The notes: generated from the sequence alone by a model not told the origin. 64,000 nt of DNA from Octopus sinensis (GCF_006345805.1 NC_043000.1:161014001-161078000); one strand, 5' to 3'. Shown: positions 1 to 12,702, numbered from the stretch's first letter. Translations and numbers: made by a program.

Positions 1-783
1 CAAATGTCCTCCATAGTGTCAACATGGTCTCGCAGTCTCTTGTCCGGAATGTCCTCAGGATCCAGCCAGTGAGTCGTCTGCACGTTGTCGCCACCTTCGC
101 GATGTGTGAAGAAAAAGATGCATCGTCACTCATGTCTATCCCCAGGTCCCGTATTGATTTCGATACTGGGATTTCGATCCCTCCTGGACCAGTATAGTTG
201 TGTTGTAATGTATATGTGTTTACAGCTTGATATTGTAAGGCTTGAAATTCACCAGCATTAAATTGCATGTTGTTGTCTTCAGCCCATTTGTATATGGTAT
301 CCAGATCTTGTTGTAAAAGGTCAGCATCAGTTGGGTTTTTGATTGCCTGTGCTACCTTTGTGTCATCAGCATAGCTAGTGAGGGATGTTGTTTGTGCTAC
401 CAAGGGCATGTCAGAGAGCGCCACCAAAAACAGCAAGGGTCCCAAGACTGTGCCCTGTGGCACCCCGCTTGCTATTGGTGTCTTTCCCGAGAGGGCTCCA
501 TTGGCTGCAACCATCTGGCTTCTGTCCTTCAGGAAGTCATGTATCCACTCACCTACTTTTCCTGTTATGCCGAGTCTGAGTAATTTGTGACATATCACTC
601 CGTGGTCGACTTTGTCAAAGGCCTTCGCAAAGTCGAGATATACCACATCCACCTGTGAGCGATCCAGTAGTTGTTTCATTACCCAGTCGTAGTGTTGTAA
701 CAGCTGCGTAAGGCAGCTTCTTCCTGGGCGAAAGCCATGCTGTGTGTCAGTGAGACGGTTAGTTGTCTTCGAGGAACGTGATC
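1..783 (-). mobile_element. CR1/L2-type LINE reverse transcriptase fragment, 5'-truncated, frame open off the window edge
   Basis: My minus-strand translation reads QHGFRPGRSCL..YLDFAKAFDKVDH..SGVPQGTVLGPLLF..YADDTKV..RDLGI..GWILRTF with no stop from ~755 to base 1. It is missing from the ORF track, probably because it runs off the edge. Confidence 0.9.
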
Positions 784-791
784 AGTTTTTT

Positions 792-795
<4 letters not shown>

Positions 796-822
<27 letters not shown>

Positions 823-918
823 GATATATATAATATATATATATTAGTATATATATATATATAATATATATATTATAATATTTATATATATATATATCTA
901 TATATATATATATAATTA

Positions 919-968
<50 letters not shown>
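796..968. repeat. (TA)n microsatellite
   Basis: Direct; imperfect dinucleotide array. Confidence 0.95.
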
Positions 969-969
<1 letters not shown>

Positions 970-1230
970 AGACAGCAAAAACCAACATAAAGTCAGATAA
1001 GAGAAAAAAATCTATCAGAAAAGAACTCTATCTCTCTTAAAAAATATCTTTTGATAAGCATAACAAATGCGCAACCGGTTAAAAGAACTTTCACCTAATT
1101 AAATACACTCTCCCTTACTTAAATTATTTTGTCAGCATTTTCTTCATTTGTTCGTTTATATATAATATATATATTAATATATATATATATATATAATATA
1201 TATATTATATATATATACATATAATTATAT

Positions 1231-1818
1231 ATGCTTAACTGTGGCATGGGGATTTTCTTCGCCCCAAATGCGAACATTATGTTTTGCCATTCGTATGAAA
1301 TGTGGCCTCATCACTCAAAACAAGACGTTCTTTGAACTCGGTTTCTTCAAGTTTCTCTTGCAAATCCACACAGAATTGTTTGCGCTTTCGCTTGTCATCT
1401 GCCGTTATGACCTGAATGAGCTGCAGTTTGTTGTGTTTCATTAGCAAGCGCTTCTTCAGAACGCGCGAAACTGTCATTTGAGGAATCTAGGTTTTCAGAC
1501 GTCTTCTTCTTATAGACTTCTTAGAGGTTCGCAAGTGTTTTTATCGAACCCGCTCGGCCGTCTCTTCCGATGTTAGTGGTCGTCCAGATCCTTTTGCCCT
1601 GCATAGACAGCCTTCCTTTTTGAACTTTTGTGCTATGTCCAAATATGCTTTGCCTTGGTGACTTTTTAGAGAACTCTCTCACAAACGCACGCTTCACAGT
1701 CTTGTTCAACTGTGCTCGAGCATATTTCAACACAAAAAAGACATTTTCTCTTCCAGTGAATGCCATTTCGATACCTGAAAAGATAAACATATCAAATATT
1801 AAACATAAAATTTTGACG
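1231..1818 (-). mobile_element. Degenerate Tc1/mariner-superfamily transposase (DUF4817-type N-terminus; first catalytic Asp motif)
   Basis: ORFs 1521-1838 (MAFTGRENVFFVLKYARAQ..TVKRAF) and 1277-1477 (KLQLIQ..RKQFC..LVLSDEATFH), followed by HNVRIWGEENPH. The element continues past the SINE at ~2247. Confidence 0.8.
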
Positions 1819-1828
1819 TACACATGCT

Positions 1829-2236
1829 TACTGCCCACAAGAGGCTACGCACAGAGGGGACAAACAAGAGGAGACAAACGGATCAAGTCGATTATATCGA
1901 TCCCAGTGCATAACTGGTACTTATCTAATCGACCCCGAAAAGATGAAAGGCAAAGTCGACCTCGGCGGAATTTGAACTCAGAACGTAGCGGCAGGCGAAA
2001 TACCTATTTCTTTACTACCCACAAGGGGCTAAACACAGAGAGGACAAACATGGACAAACACATGGATTAAGTCGATTATATCGACTCCAGTGCCTAACTG
2101 GTACTTAATTTATCGACCCAGAAAGGATGAAAGGCAAAGTCGACCTCGGCGGAATTTGAACTCAGAACGTAGCGGCAGACGAAATACCGCTAAGCATTTC
2201 GCCCGGTGTGTCAACGATTCTGCCAGCTCGCCACCT
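1829..2236 (-). mobile_element. tRNA-derived SINE, internally duplicated (dimeric), with 10-bp TSD
   Basis: Head GGTGGCGAGCTGGCAGAA...GAGTTCAAATTCC (A/B boxes) on the minus strand; body repeated twice; TSD TACACATGCT at 1819-1828 and 2237-2246. Confidence 0.9.
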
Positions 2237-3177
2237 TACACATGCTGTTAAAGTTTGAAGTCATTTGAACAAGAACTGTCAAAGTTATATATAACAGAGA
2301 GATGACAAAGGAATAAATAGTTATATAATGAACATCATTAGCTTACAGCTGTTTCTGTCATAGGATGCAGCGGACTCGTAGTTGAGTGCCTGAATAACGC
2401 CCTATAGCTTCATCGTAGCCTCGAATGAATATAAAGTGCATTTATATACTTATCTTATATAGATCTGAATTCACCTTCTCCAAGTTCATACGATAATCAT
2501 TTATTTTTCTGTCATCGTTTTTTCTTATTAAACGCTGTATACTCAGCTATGAATTCATTCAGTAACATACATATATTGAGTTGTTCTACACCTAGTTAAC
2601 CTCACAATGCACATGTATTTATGTATATGTATATATATATATATACATTTCATCATCTTTTCCTCTGTATCATTTTCTGCCTCCAGTTTTCTATACTCGT
2701 CGTAAATTTTGTCGATTAGAAATAGCAATTTATTTCAAGTAACAACGTAGTTTCGAATTTTTATCTGAGGAAATATATTTTAGGAGATCTTCTATATGTT
2801 CTCTACATGTATATATATCTTTGAACTTATATTTATATTATTTCTATTTTTAATAATGTTGATATTTATATTCATCACGTATTTCCTATAATGTAATGAA
2901 TCACGTGTAACGTGGAAATGAAAATGTACCAAATTTTCCAGTCTTCATTATAATATATATTTATTGCACAGATGTATATTGCCAAGATCTTTAACATCCA
3001 TATATGTATACACTTGATTACTGAAATGTGCAGATGTACTTCATCAGGACACAGGCTGGATTATAACCTTTTCATTACTCCATGTTCATATATATATATA
3101 TAATATTAGGGACTATAACTCCAAACTTACAGGGAAAACTTCAATTTAGTATTAAATCAAATTTCACAATATAAATA

Positions 3178-4138
3178 TGTAGGAAATACGATTGTATGTG
3201 GAGGTTGGTGACATAGGTAAGTTACACGGTTGCATCCCTAATGAAATAAGATAAGCCACAAATACAATTTATACAATGCAGTGCTAACAGAATATAGATG
3301 AAAGACGACGAGCCGTTCCACTGTTTGAGAGAAGATAAGATTTTATTTACAATGGTGTTAAGGTTAGAAGGTTGTGAGTGCTAGTAGGTGTTGTGTATGT
3401 GTGTGCTTGCAACACGTGTTTGTGTCTGTGTGTGTGACAGATACGATAAGGGTGAATGCGTGTGACACAGAAAGTACAGAGCATAGAGTTAATGATGGAA
3501 ATTGATTTACAGTTCATGAGGTACACGAAGTGTAAGAGTTCAATATCAAGATGTTGTGTCTCAGGCGGAGGCCGGTTGGGCGAATATTGTCGAGCCGCGG
3601 TCGTGGTCTCAATCGCCGAGCTGGTTCTCTTAATGTAGAATTCTTCAGATGGACTGTTTCTACTTGGTGAAGGGAATCACTCTAACAGCGTGGATCTGTG
3701 AAGTTGGTGTGTACATGTCTGAAGTGGACGATGGTGATGGCGACGACGGCAGCGGAGATAGAAGGCGTTCTGTTGCGGGTGTACATTAGCGTCCTCGTGG
3801 CTGATCGTCTGTCGCTGTGACTGGAACATGTTGAGTAGCTCTGTGGTCAGAGGTTAGTCCTTAGAAGGACTAGAACCGAAGGCCCCAGTATACTGAGAAC
3901 GCTCCTTTATATACGAGTAAGGTGGATCAACAGAGCCTAGGAAAAAGGGACCTTAACCAAAGGCCGTGATTGGTTGGCTTTGGCCAGTGGAGCGAAATAA
4001 GTAGAGACAAATCGCGTCACATGTCAACCAATCAGGTCAGTGGTTACAACAGGAACAACTCGGCCAAAGATGGCTGTAATCTCAAACGAGATCATTCCTG
4101 CCGTGTCTCTCAAACTGAGGATATCGGAGACCGCTACA
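3178..4138 (-). mobile_element. Solo LTR (Gypsy-like by termini and TSD length)
   Basis: Termini TGTAG...CTACA; 4-bp TSD AATA on both sides; on the minus strand CCAAT boxes (~3970), TATAAA (~3910) and AATAAA (~3345) in U3-R-U5 order; AT-rich flanks read as continuous across it. Confidence 0.75.
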
Positions 4139-4153
4139 AATATATAATATCTA

Positions 4154-4464
4154 TAAATTACAGAATAACCACTATTATGCAATTCAAACAATGATAGACA
4201 TAAACCAAATCATAAATAAAAAATAAAATATATTTTAAAACATATAACTAGATTACAAAAAGTACAATAATGAATAAACAATATATAACAAGTAATAAGT
4301 AATAAGTATATATATTATTATATATATATCATTACTTATATATTGTTAATTCATTATTGTACTGTTTGTAATCTAGTTATATGTTTTAAAATATATTTTA
4401 TTTTTTATTTATGATTTGGTTTATGTCTATCATTGTTTGAATTGCATAATAGTGGTTTTTCTCT

Positions 4465-4470
<6 letters not shown>
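4154..4470. repeat. Long inverted repeat (~140 bp arms, AT-rich ~35 nt spacer)
   Basis: 4154-4296 is the near-perfect reverse complement of 4331-4470. Confidence 0.95.
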
Positions 4471-4501
<31 letters not shown>

Positions 4502-4527
4502 CACACACACACATATATATATATTAT

Positions 4528-4564
<37 letters not shown>

Positions 4565-5353
4565 GGGGTGGTGTAAGAAACAATTGTGATTCAATTGAAT
4601 TAGGTACTTAATTTGAGGCATCAACCCAGTCCGGTATTATCCTCACAGCTCGAAGTAAGGTGAATAAAATCAAAATAAGCAGCAGGATTTCATGTAGTAA
4701 TGTAGTACGACCGTTTCAAGCGACTCCATTTAACTGAACAATGCAACTATTACAGCTACCTTCATACTTTTGAGAGATTTAGAAACTAGCTTTTTTGTTT
4801 GTTGCAAAATCAGCGACTGTGTGTCGCTCGAAAGACCATACAGTGTGTATGGTGGGACTGGGAAGGCATAATTCATTACGAACTGCTTGAACACAACCAA
4901 ACATCCATGCAGAGCTCCTCGTTTAACAACTGCACTGACTCAACGAAGCAATTCAGAGAAAAACAAAAAAAACAAACCATATGGTGTTCTTCTGCTACAC
5001 GACAACGTCCGTGCTCACATCGTCAATATGACTAAAGCCGCGATTCAAGAACTCGAATGAGAAGTGCTGCCTCATCCACCATACTCTACAGAATTGACGC
5101 AGTCATCTTTTTCGACCGTTTTTCGAATGCTTTGCGCGGTATGTCATTCAGTAATGACGTAGAATTGAAGGCTGGGTCGGACGAATTCTTTGAGTCAAAA
5201 GCGGGAGATTTCTATCGCCGAGACATCGAAAAACTTATTGAACGATGGGAGAAAGTCATAAACAACAATGGAGAGCATATTATTATTAATTTGTAGTGAT
5301 TTTTGTTTGAAATAGATTTGAAAAAGACGCTCAGGAATTATTCTTCAACCCAA
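4565..5353 (+). mobile_element. Internally deleted mariner (DD34D-type) transposon, copy 1
   Basis: CVWWDWEGIIHYELL, LLLHDNVRAH, EVLPHPPYS, RDIEKLIERWEKVI motifs across frameshifts; right TIR ...AATTATTCTTCAACCCAA, degenerate left TIR. Confidence 0.85.
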
Positions 5354-5355
5354 TG

Positions 5356-5429
<74 letters not shown>

Positions 5430-5886
5430 TCTTTGTGTCTTTGTCACACCCATAACCGGTTGAAAGCCTGTGTTGGGGTATTTACATCTCCGCAAGTTAG
5501 ATATTCGGCAAAAGTGACCAATAGAATAATACTAGGCTTAAGAAATAAGTCCCGGGGTCGATTTATCTGACTAAAATCTGTCAAGGTGGTACTCCAGCAT
5601 GACTACAGGCAAATAACTGAAACAAGTAAAAGTGTAAAAGAATGTGTGTGTATGTGTGTGTGTGCGTCGATGTGTGTGTGCCTGTTCCCCACCACCACTT
5701 ATCAACTGGTGTTAGTTAGTTTATGTCTCCGTTACCTAGTGGTTTGGCCAAAGAGACCGATAGAATAAGTACTGCGCTTTAAAAAATAAGTAATTGGGTT
5801 GATTTGTTTTACACACACACACACACCACACACACACACACATATATATATATAATATATATATATATATAATATATATATTATAT

Positions 5887-6676
5887 GGGGTGGTGTAAGA
5901 AACAATTGTGATTCAATTGAATTAGGTACTTAATTTGAGGCATCAACCCAGTCCGGTATTATCCTCACAGCTCGAAGTAAGGTGAATAAAATCAAAATAA
6001 GCAGCAGGATTTCATGTAGTAATGTAGTACGACCGTTTCAAGCGACTCCATTTAACTGAACAATGCAACTATTACAGCTACCTTCATACTTTTGAGAGAT
6101 TTAGAAACTAGCTTTTTTGTTTGTTGCAAAATCAGCGACTGTGTGTCGCTCGAAAGACCATACAGTGTGTATGGTGGGACTGGGAAGGCATAATTCATTA
6201 CGAACTGCTTGAACACAACCAAACAGCCATGCAGAGCTCCTCGTTTAACAACTGCACTGACTCAACGAAGCAATTCAGAGAAAAACAAAAAAAAACAAAC
6301 CAATATGGTGTTCTTCTGCTACACGACAACGTCCGTGCTCACATCGTCAATATGACTAAAGCCGCGATTCAAGAACTCGAATGAGAAGTGCTGCCTCATC
6401 CACCATACTCTACAGAATTGACGCAGTCATCTTTTTCGACCGTTTTTCGAATGCTTTGCGCGGTATGTCATTCAGTAATGACGTAGAATTGAAGGCTGGG
6501 TCGGACGAATTCTTTGAGTCAAAAGCGGGAGATTTCTATCGCCGAGACATCGAAAAACTTATTGAACGATGGGAGAAAGTCATAAACACAATGGAGAGCA
6601 TATTATTATTAATTTGTAGTGATTTTTGTTTGAAATAGATTTGAAAAAGACGCTCAGGAATTATTCTTCAACCCAA
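5887..6676 (+). mobile_element. Internally deleted mariner transposon, copy 2 (part of tandem duplication)
   Basis: Near-identical to 4565-5353 at offset 1322. Confidence 0.85.
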
Positions 6677-7121
6677 TGTGTGTGTGTGTGTGTTGTGTGT
6701 GTGTGTTGTGTGTGTTGTGTGTGTGTGTGTGGTGTGTGTGTGTGTGTCTTTGTGTCTTTGTCACACCCATAACCGGTTGAAAGCCTGTGTTGGGGTATTT
6801 ACATCTCCGCAAGTTAGATATTCGGCAAAAGTGACCAATAGAATAATACTAGGCTTAAGAATAAGTCCCGGGGTCGATTTATCTGACTAAAATCTGTCAA
6901 GGTGGTACTCCAGCATGACTACAGGCAATAACTGAAACAAGTAAAAGTGTAAAAGAATGTGTGTGTATGTGTGTGTGTGCGTCGATGTGTGTGTGCCTGT
7001 TCCCCACCACCACTTATCAACTGGTGTTAGTTAGTTTATGTCTCCGTTACCTAGTGGTTTGGCCAAAGAGACCGATAGAATAAGTACTGCGCTTTAAAAA
7101 ATAAGTAATTGGGTTGATTTG

Positions 7122-7205
<84 letters not shown>

Positions 7206-8415
7206 AGTCAAGACCATTGAAAAGGTTGCAAGACGCAACGAAAATTTTAGGAAAATAAAAATATGAAATATGTGGAAATTTTACCGGTAAGTGTGCTAAA
7301 TTATAAGGCACAAAAAGAAAATTACCCTCCCCAGACACAACAGAGTATGCTTCAACACACCGACTCACATAAAGAATCTTGCAAACCAAATCCCAAAACG
7401 ATATACATATATAAATATATATATTATATATATATATTTATATATATATAAACATCTACATGCATACACACATATCGCAAATACATATATGCACACACAT
7501 ACATACATGCACGCACCACACACACGCACACACACACGCGAGCAATCACACACAGACGCATGCACTCACGTGTTGATATACATACATACAATGGGCTTTC
7601 GTTCACTTTTGTTCAATCAAATTCTACTTGGCTAAACCAAGGCTATGATAGATCACACTTGCTCAAACCACGTAGTTGCTTGGCGAAATTCTTAACCACA
7701 AAGTCATACGTGCGCAAAATGTAGAGAATTTTAGATGAGATAGAATTGTCCATGATTCTTGTGTCAAAGAAATCATGATTTTCGCTTTCGTTCTTTGCAT
7801 TCTATCAACTTTTGTATTATATTTGATGGTTTCTTTCCGCTGGCTATTGCCATGTTGGGGCACCATTATCAGTTGATGAATTCAGTAGCGTTCCAGGAAC
7901 ATAACATCGCACTGCGGATGAATTCGTGGATGTACGTGAGTTTATGGCTCCGTATAATTTCCTTTCCGCTTTTTTGCTCTCTCTCTTTCTCCACCCCGCT
8001 CTCTATATTTCTCTCTTTCTCTCTCTCTCTCACTCTCTCTCTCTCTCTTTCTCTCTCTCTCACTCTCTTAATATGTTATTCAGTAAAGAAGAGGCACTAG
8101 CCGTTACCTTTTTGCATGCCTCTCCATGTTGATCAGATTGATACAGTCACTGCCCAAACTGTTATCTTCAGGAAAAGTCTGGAAAGGGAGGAATGTGAAT
8201 TCTACTAAAGGCAGTCAAAAAAGCAGGTGGTTCCGTTAAACGGTTGGCTCGCTGTGCTTACAGCTATCTTTGTAGCAGTATGCGTCCAAACAAGTGTATG
8301 TGTGCATCAACGTTTTTGAGTGTGTATTTGTTTGTTCGTTTTTGTGTGTGTGTGTGCATCAGTGATTTTGTACGTGCGTATGTGTTTATATGTTGTATGC
8401 GTGTGGATTTGTGAG

Positions 8416-8494
<79 letters not shown>

Positions 8495-9399
8495 TCATAC
8501 TGTTTCCCATTATATTTTCTTGATGTAAGGAATCCTAACAAGCTACTGTTGTCGCCATTGCTGCTTAGTCTTGAATCTTTTTTGAAAACGACTTATAAAT
8601 ACCGACAGCTCATCCCTGTTTCTAGGAGATTTGGCTGCTACTTCTAGCAGGTCGAGCGTTAATGGTGAGATTAAGTCTTTGTTTTCAAATCTTACGAAAG
8701 CTAGTTGTAATTTCAGGTAAGCTATTTAACAGAATCGGTAAAGAATCGTAAAAATGTTCACAGTATTAGATTATGGACATTTACGCTTAGAATATTTATC
8801 AATGTAGTTGAATAAATTTAGAATGTATATATAGTTGCTGTTGTTGTTGTCGTTGTCGTTGTTGTTGTTGTTGTTGCTGCTGTTGTTGTTCTACTCCGGC
8901 CAGGCTCATTTATGAACAATTACATATTCCTTTGCTTTATATTCTAGCGTAGTGAAATTTGCAGTCAAGAACGAGATGCAATGCCGATTTTATATATGCT
9001 TGGCTACTGCACCTTTGATATTTTATGATAATTCCTTTGGAGAAAGCTATAATCATAACACTCATGCACCCATCAGCTTGTACATATCTACAACCTGTTT
9101 AGTGAAGTTGTCTACACAAACAAAGGCTTATGTCCGAGCGCTTACTTGATAAGAATTCGGAAAATATATTTTAAAACTTATTTAAAATTGCATTGGAGGT
9201 AGTTCAACAGAACAAAAGAATATCTGAGGATTCTTGATGATTCCAACTTCCAGATGAAGACATTCCTTCTCTTTTGTTTTTCTCTCCATCGACAAAAGCA
9301 ACCTGAACTAATAACCCTGAAGATATATGGTTATTGCGCTTCAAACTGAACAATTATTTGAAACGAGCAAAGCGCCCCCCCCCCACCGTTCAATGGACG

Positions 9400-9735
9400 G
9401 TGCTGCGTTGTTAAACATTTAAACCAAATTTTCTCAAAACAACTTGTCCGACCGTCCCGTAGGCCTCCCCTATGAGAAACACTAATTTAACCTAAATTTA
9501 AGACATCAGCAAAAGACGGATTTTGACTGATGTACTTGCGCGTACAAATGCACGCTCCCACGCCTTTACCGATCGCATTCTCACTCGGAATAGATTTTTG
9601 TAATTTATTCAAGACTTATACACGCCCTGATACCGTCGGTATCTACATATCACATTTGAGCGCAATCGGATGGAGGATGCCCGAGATCCTAGAAGACACT
9701 CATACAGACAGACAGAACGGATTTTATATAGTAGA
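9400..9735 (-). mobile_element. Probable non-autonomous Helitron 5' end
   Basis: Minus strand reads A|TCTACTATATAAAATCCGTTCTGTCTGTCTGT, i.e. a TC start after A with a (GTCT)n subterminal motif. No CTRR 3' end was located. Confidence 0.4.
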
Positions 9736-10392
9736 TGTATAATATATATGCAAACACACACATACACACGCATGCACATGCACGCACACACACACACACA
9801 AGCACACAAACACACACTCGGATATACATGTGTATGTATGTGGGCATGTGTGTGTTTGTGCGCGGGCTGAGCCAGCTTTACGTAAGTTATGTGTCCAGGT
9901 GTTCTGCCAAGTAAATGCATCCTCACCCTCATAGAAAAATGAACTATCTACTACTATTATTCGTGTGCACATGGGCATCTTGGAGTCCAGTATTGCAGCA
10001 TTCACAGCTCCTGCCTTGAGTATGTGTGCGTGCATATGTACTTGGTGCTCATAATAAACTACAAAACAACAAAGGCGCAACCAACAGATGTCCTTGCCAT
10101 CTCCTTTCAACTATCCAGCTCTCTCAATTGAATACAGCATGTTGTACATTGTTTCCTTTCTCTCTCGGGGTATTTGTAAAGGAGAAAAATAATTGCATTT
10201 ATGCATGAAAATAGTTATGTAATTCAAATGACACCATTTAGTAAAAGAGGCAGGTAGATATTGTAATACTCTGTCGAACTACTAGGCATGCTCATAAGTT
10301 CAAAACTTATCATAGCTATTTATAGAATCTGCTGTGTTCGTACGTCGAAATCAATAACGGTTAAGTACAGTTTTCGAGAAAATGCATCTGCC

Positions 10393-10712
10393 AGGTGAAG
10401 GTGCATGGTTCAGTAGTGAGAGAGTCCGATTGTGAGTTCAATTCTCGGATCAGGCTGTGTGTTGTGTTCTTGATCAAGACACTTTATTTCACGTTGCTGT
10501 AGTTCACTCAGCTGTAGAAATGAGTTGCGACGTCACAGGTGCCAAACTGTATCGGCCTTTGCCTAACCCTTGGATAACATCGGTGGCGTGGAGAGGGGAG
10601 TCTGGTATGCATGGGTGACTGCATGTCTTCCATAAACAACATTGCTCAGACGTGTTTTGGAGGGGAACTTTCTAAGTGCAATCCCATGGCCATTCGTAAC
10701 TGAAGGTGGGGG
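10393..10712 (+). mobile_element. tRNA-derived SINE with CORE-like central segment
   Basis: Degenerate A/B boxes followed by GTTGTGTTCTTGATCAAGACACTTTATTTCAC...CTCAGCTGTAGAAATGAG. Confidence 0.7.
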
Positions 10713-10799
10713 GCGTAACACTTAACCTGCATCTACCCGATAAATATTGTTGCCAGACAATAGTTATTATCATGTAATCTTAAATTTCCTCTATCATTA

Positions 10800-11070
10800 A
10801 TTAACAGCAGTGAGTGTTTCAAGTAGGTTGCGTCCTGTCTCGAGTTCTAAAGCCCATAGGACCAGTTCCATAGCTTCCATCGTTTATCAGTGACCGAGAT
10901 CACAACTTCTCCTCTGATCGGGACCACAGTCCGTCGCAGGGTTTTTCATTTGTAATGGAGCTGTGAGAAATGAAGTGTCTGGCTCAGAAAGAGAACACAA
11001 AGTCCGATCTGGTTATCGAAACCCCGACCTTATGATAGTGAGTACAACACCCTAACCACTAGATCACACA
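10800..11070 (-). mobile_element. Degenerate tRNA-derived SINE
   Basis: Minus-strand head GATCTAGTGGTTAGGGTG...GGTTTCGATAACC. Confidence 0.6.
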
Positions 11071-11094
11071 TTTTCACGAATGATATGTTTCTTT

Positions 11095-11322
11095 AATGCC
11101 CACAAGGGGCTAAACATAGAGGGGACAAACAAAGACAGACAGACGGATTAAGTCGATTACATCGACCCCAGTGCGTAAGTGGTACTTATTTAATCGACCC
11201 CGAAAGGATAAAAGGCAAAGTCGACCTCGGCGGAATCTGAACCCAAAACGTAACGGCGCAGACGAAATACTGCTAAGCATTTCGCCCGGCGTGCTAACGT
11301 GCTAACGTTTCTGCCAGCTCAA
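11095..11322 (-). mobile_element. Monomeric SINE of the same family as 1829-2236
   Basis: Shares GGCAAAGTCGACCTCGGCGGAAT and TGCCCACAAGGGGCTAAAC segments. Confidence 0.85.
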
Positions 11323-11534
11323 CGACTATTTTCACGAATAATATAAATGATCAAAATCAGCTAGTGGTTACTATCAGGAATTAATCTATTTCAAATAGTA
11401 GGTGTTATTAGAATATGGTTACTGTTGGACCAAGGTTTCTACCAATGAATAAAACAAGAATAAGTTTAAAGAAATCAGTCTGCGGACCATTTAAAGTGTC
11501 GAATTTGAAATTTGTATTTCCGAAATTTCTCCTT

Positions 11535-11750
11535 ACTCTTTACTCTTTTACTTGTTTCAGTCATTTGACTGTGGCCATGCTGAGGCACCGCCTTTAGTTG
11601 AGCAAATCGACACAAGGACTTATTCTTAGTAAGCCTAGTACTTATTCTATCGGTCTCTGTTGCCGAATCGCTAAGTTACGGGGGACGTAAACACACCACT
11701 ATCGGTTGTCAAGCGATGTTGGGGTGACAAACACAGGCACTGAAACGTAT

Positions 11751-11829
<79 letters not shown>

Positions 11830-11972
11830 CATACATATGACGGGCTTCTTTCAGTTTCCGTCTACCAAATCCACTCACAAGGCTTTGGTCGGCCCCAGGC
11901 TATAGTAGAAGACACTTGCCCAACGTGCCACGCAGTGGGACTGAACCCAGAACCATGTTGGTAAGCAAGCGA
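11535..11972 (-). mobile_element. SINE with internal (CA)n(TA)n array
   Basis: Same family as 24140-24540, 41610-42035 and 20690-21085 (GGGTTCAGTCCCACTG B-box; CAGTTTCCGTCTACCAAATCCACTCACAAGG). Confidence 0.85.
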
Positions 11973-12702
11973 CACATACACCCACACACACACCCACACA
12001 CACAAACGATTGTGTGAGCAAACGAAAGCGATACTCAAAGTTTCGTAGAAGTTACATGTATTTTTAAAAACAGTTTGACTCAGATTTATATAACTGTCCT
12101 GAGATGCACCCTGAGAGATACCAGTGCCACAGCTCTTGATTTTCTTTTCTCTTCTTCCTGGTACCATATCGCTTCCTGAGTTATAACCATCCTCTCCCTG
12201 ATGTCTGCTTTCTTCCATTGTTCCTGCCAGCGTGCAATCTAATATTACGTCGTGGTCTTGGTCCAATTGTTTCTGTTTCTTTGTTTCATTCATCTTGGCC
12301 ATTTGATTCGTTCTTTCGCTGGCTGGGATTGGCCTTCTTGTGTGGTATTGGGTGGGTTGCTTCCCCTGAAGACTTGAGGTGACATAGGTACAGGGAGCCT
12401 TCAAATCCTGTAGGATGCTTCCTACCTGGACTTGCCCTGCGACTCACCAGTTGTTACCTCTGTGCACTGCTCCTGTACATTCTATTTTCCACAAATGGAT
12501 CTAGCTCAGTGTATATTGAGCTCTTACTCATTCTTGGAGATCTTTCTGCAGTAAAACTTTACTTCCAATACCACCCCAACTACTGTGTGTGTGTGTAAGT
12601 ATGTATGTATATATACATAAATATATATATACACACACACATATATATATATATATACATATATATACACACACACACACACACACCACCACACACACAC
12701 AC

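Larger units (their letters stand above)
4470..7200. repeat. Tandem duplication, ~1.32 kb unit, bounded by (CA)n(TA)n
   Basis: Unit 4470-5810 is repeated at 5811-7126; differences are mostly single-base indels plus at least one substitution (ACATCC/ACAGCC). Confidence 0.95.

Noticed and set aside
378-590. Three plus-strand ORFs
   Set aside because: Antisense shadows of the LINE RT frame
3020-3065. Minus-strand CTGATGA
   Set aside because: No matching GAAA or helix I partner found
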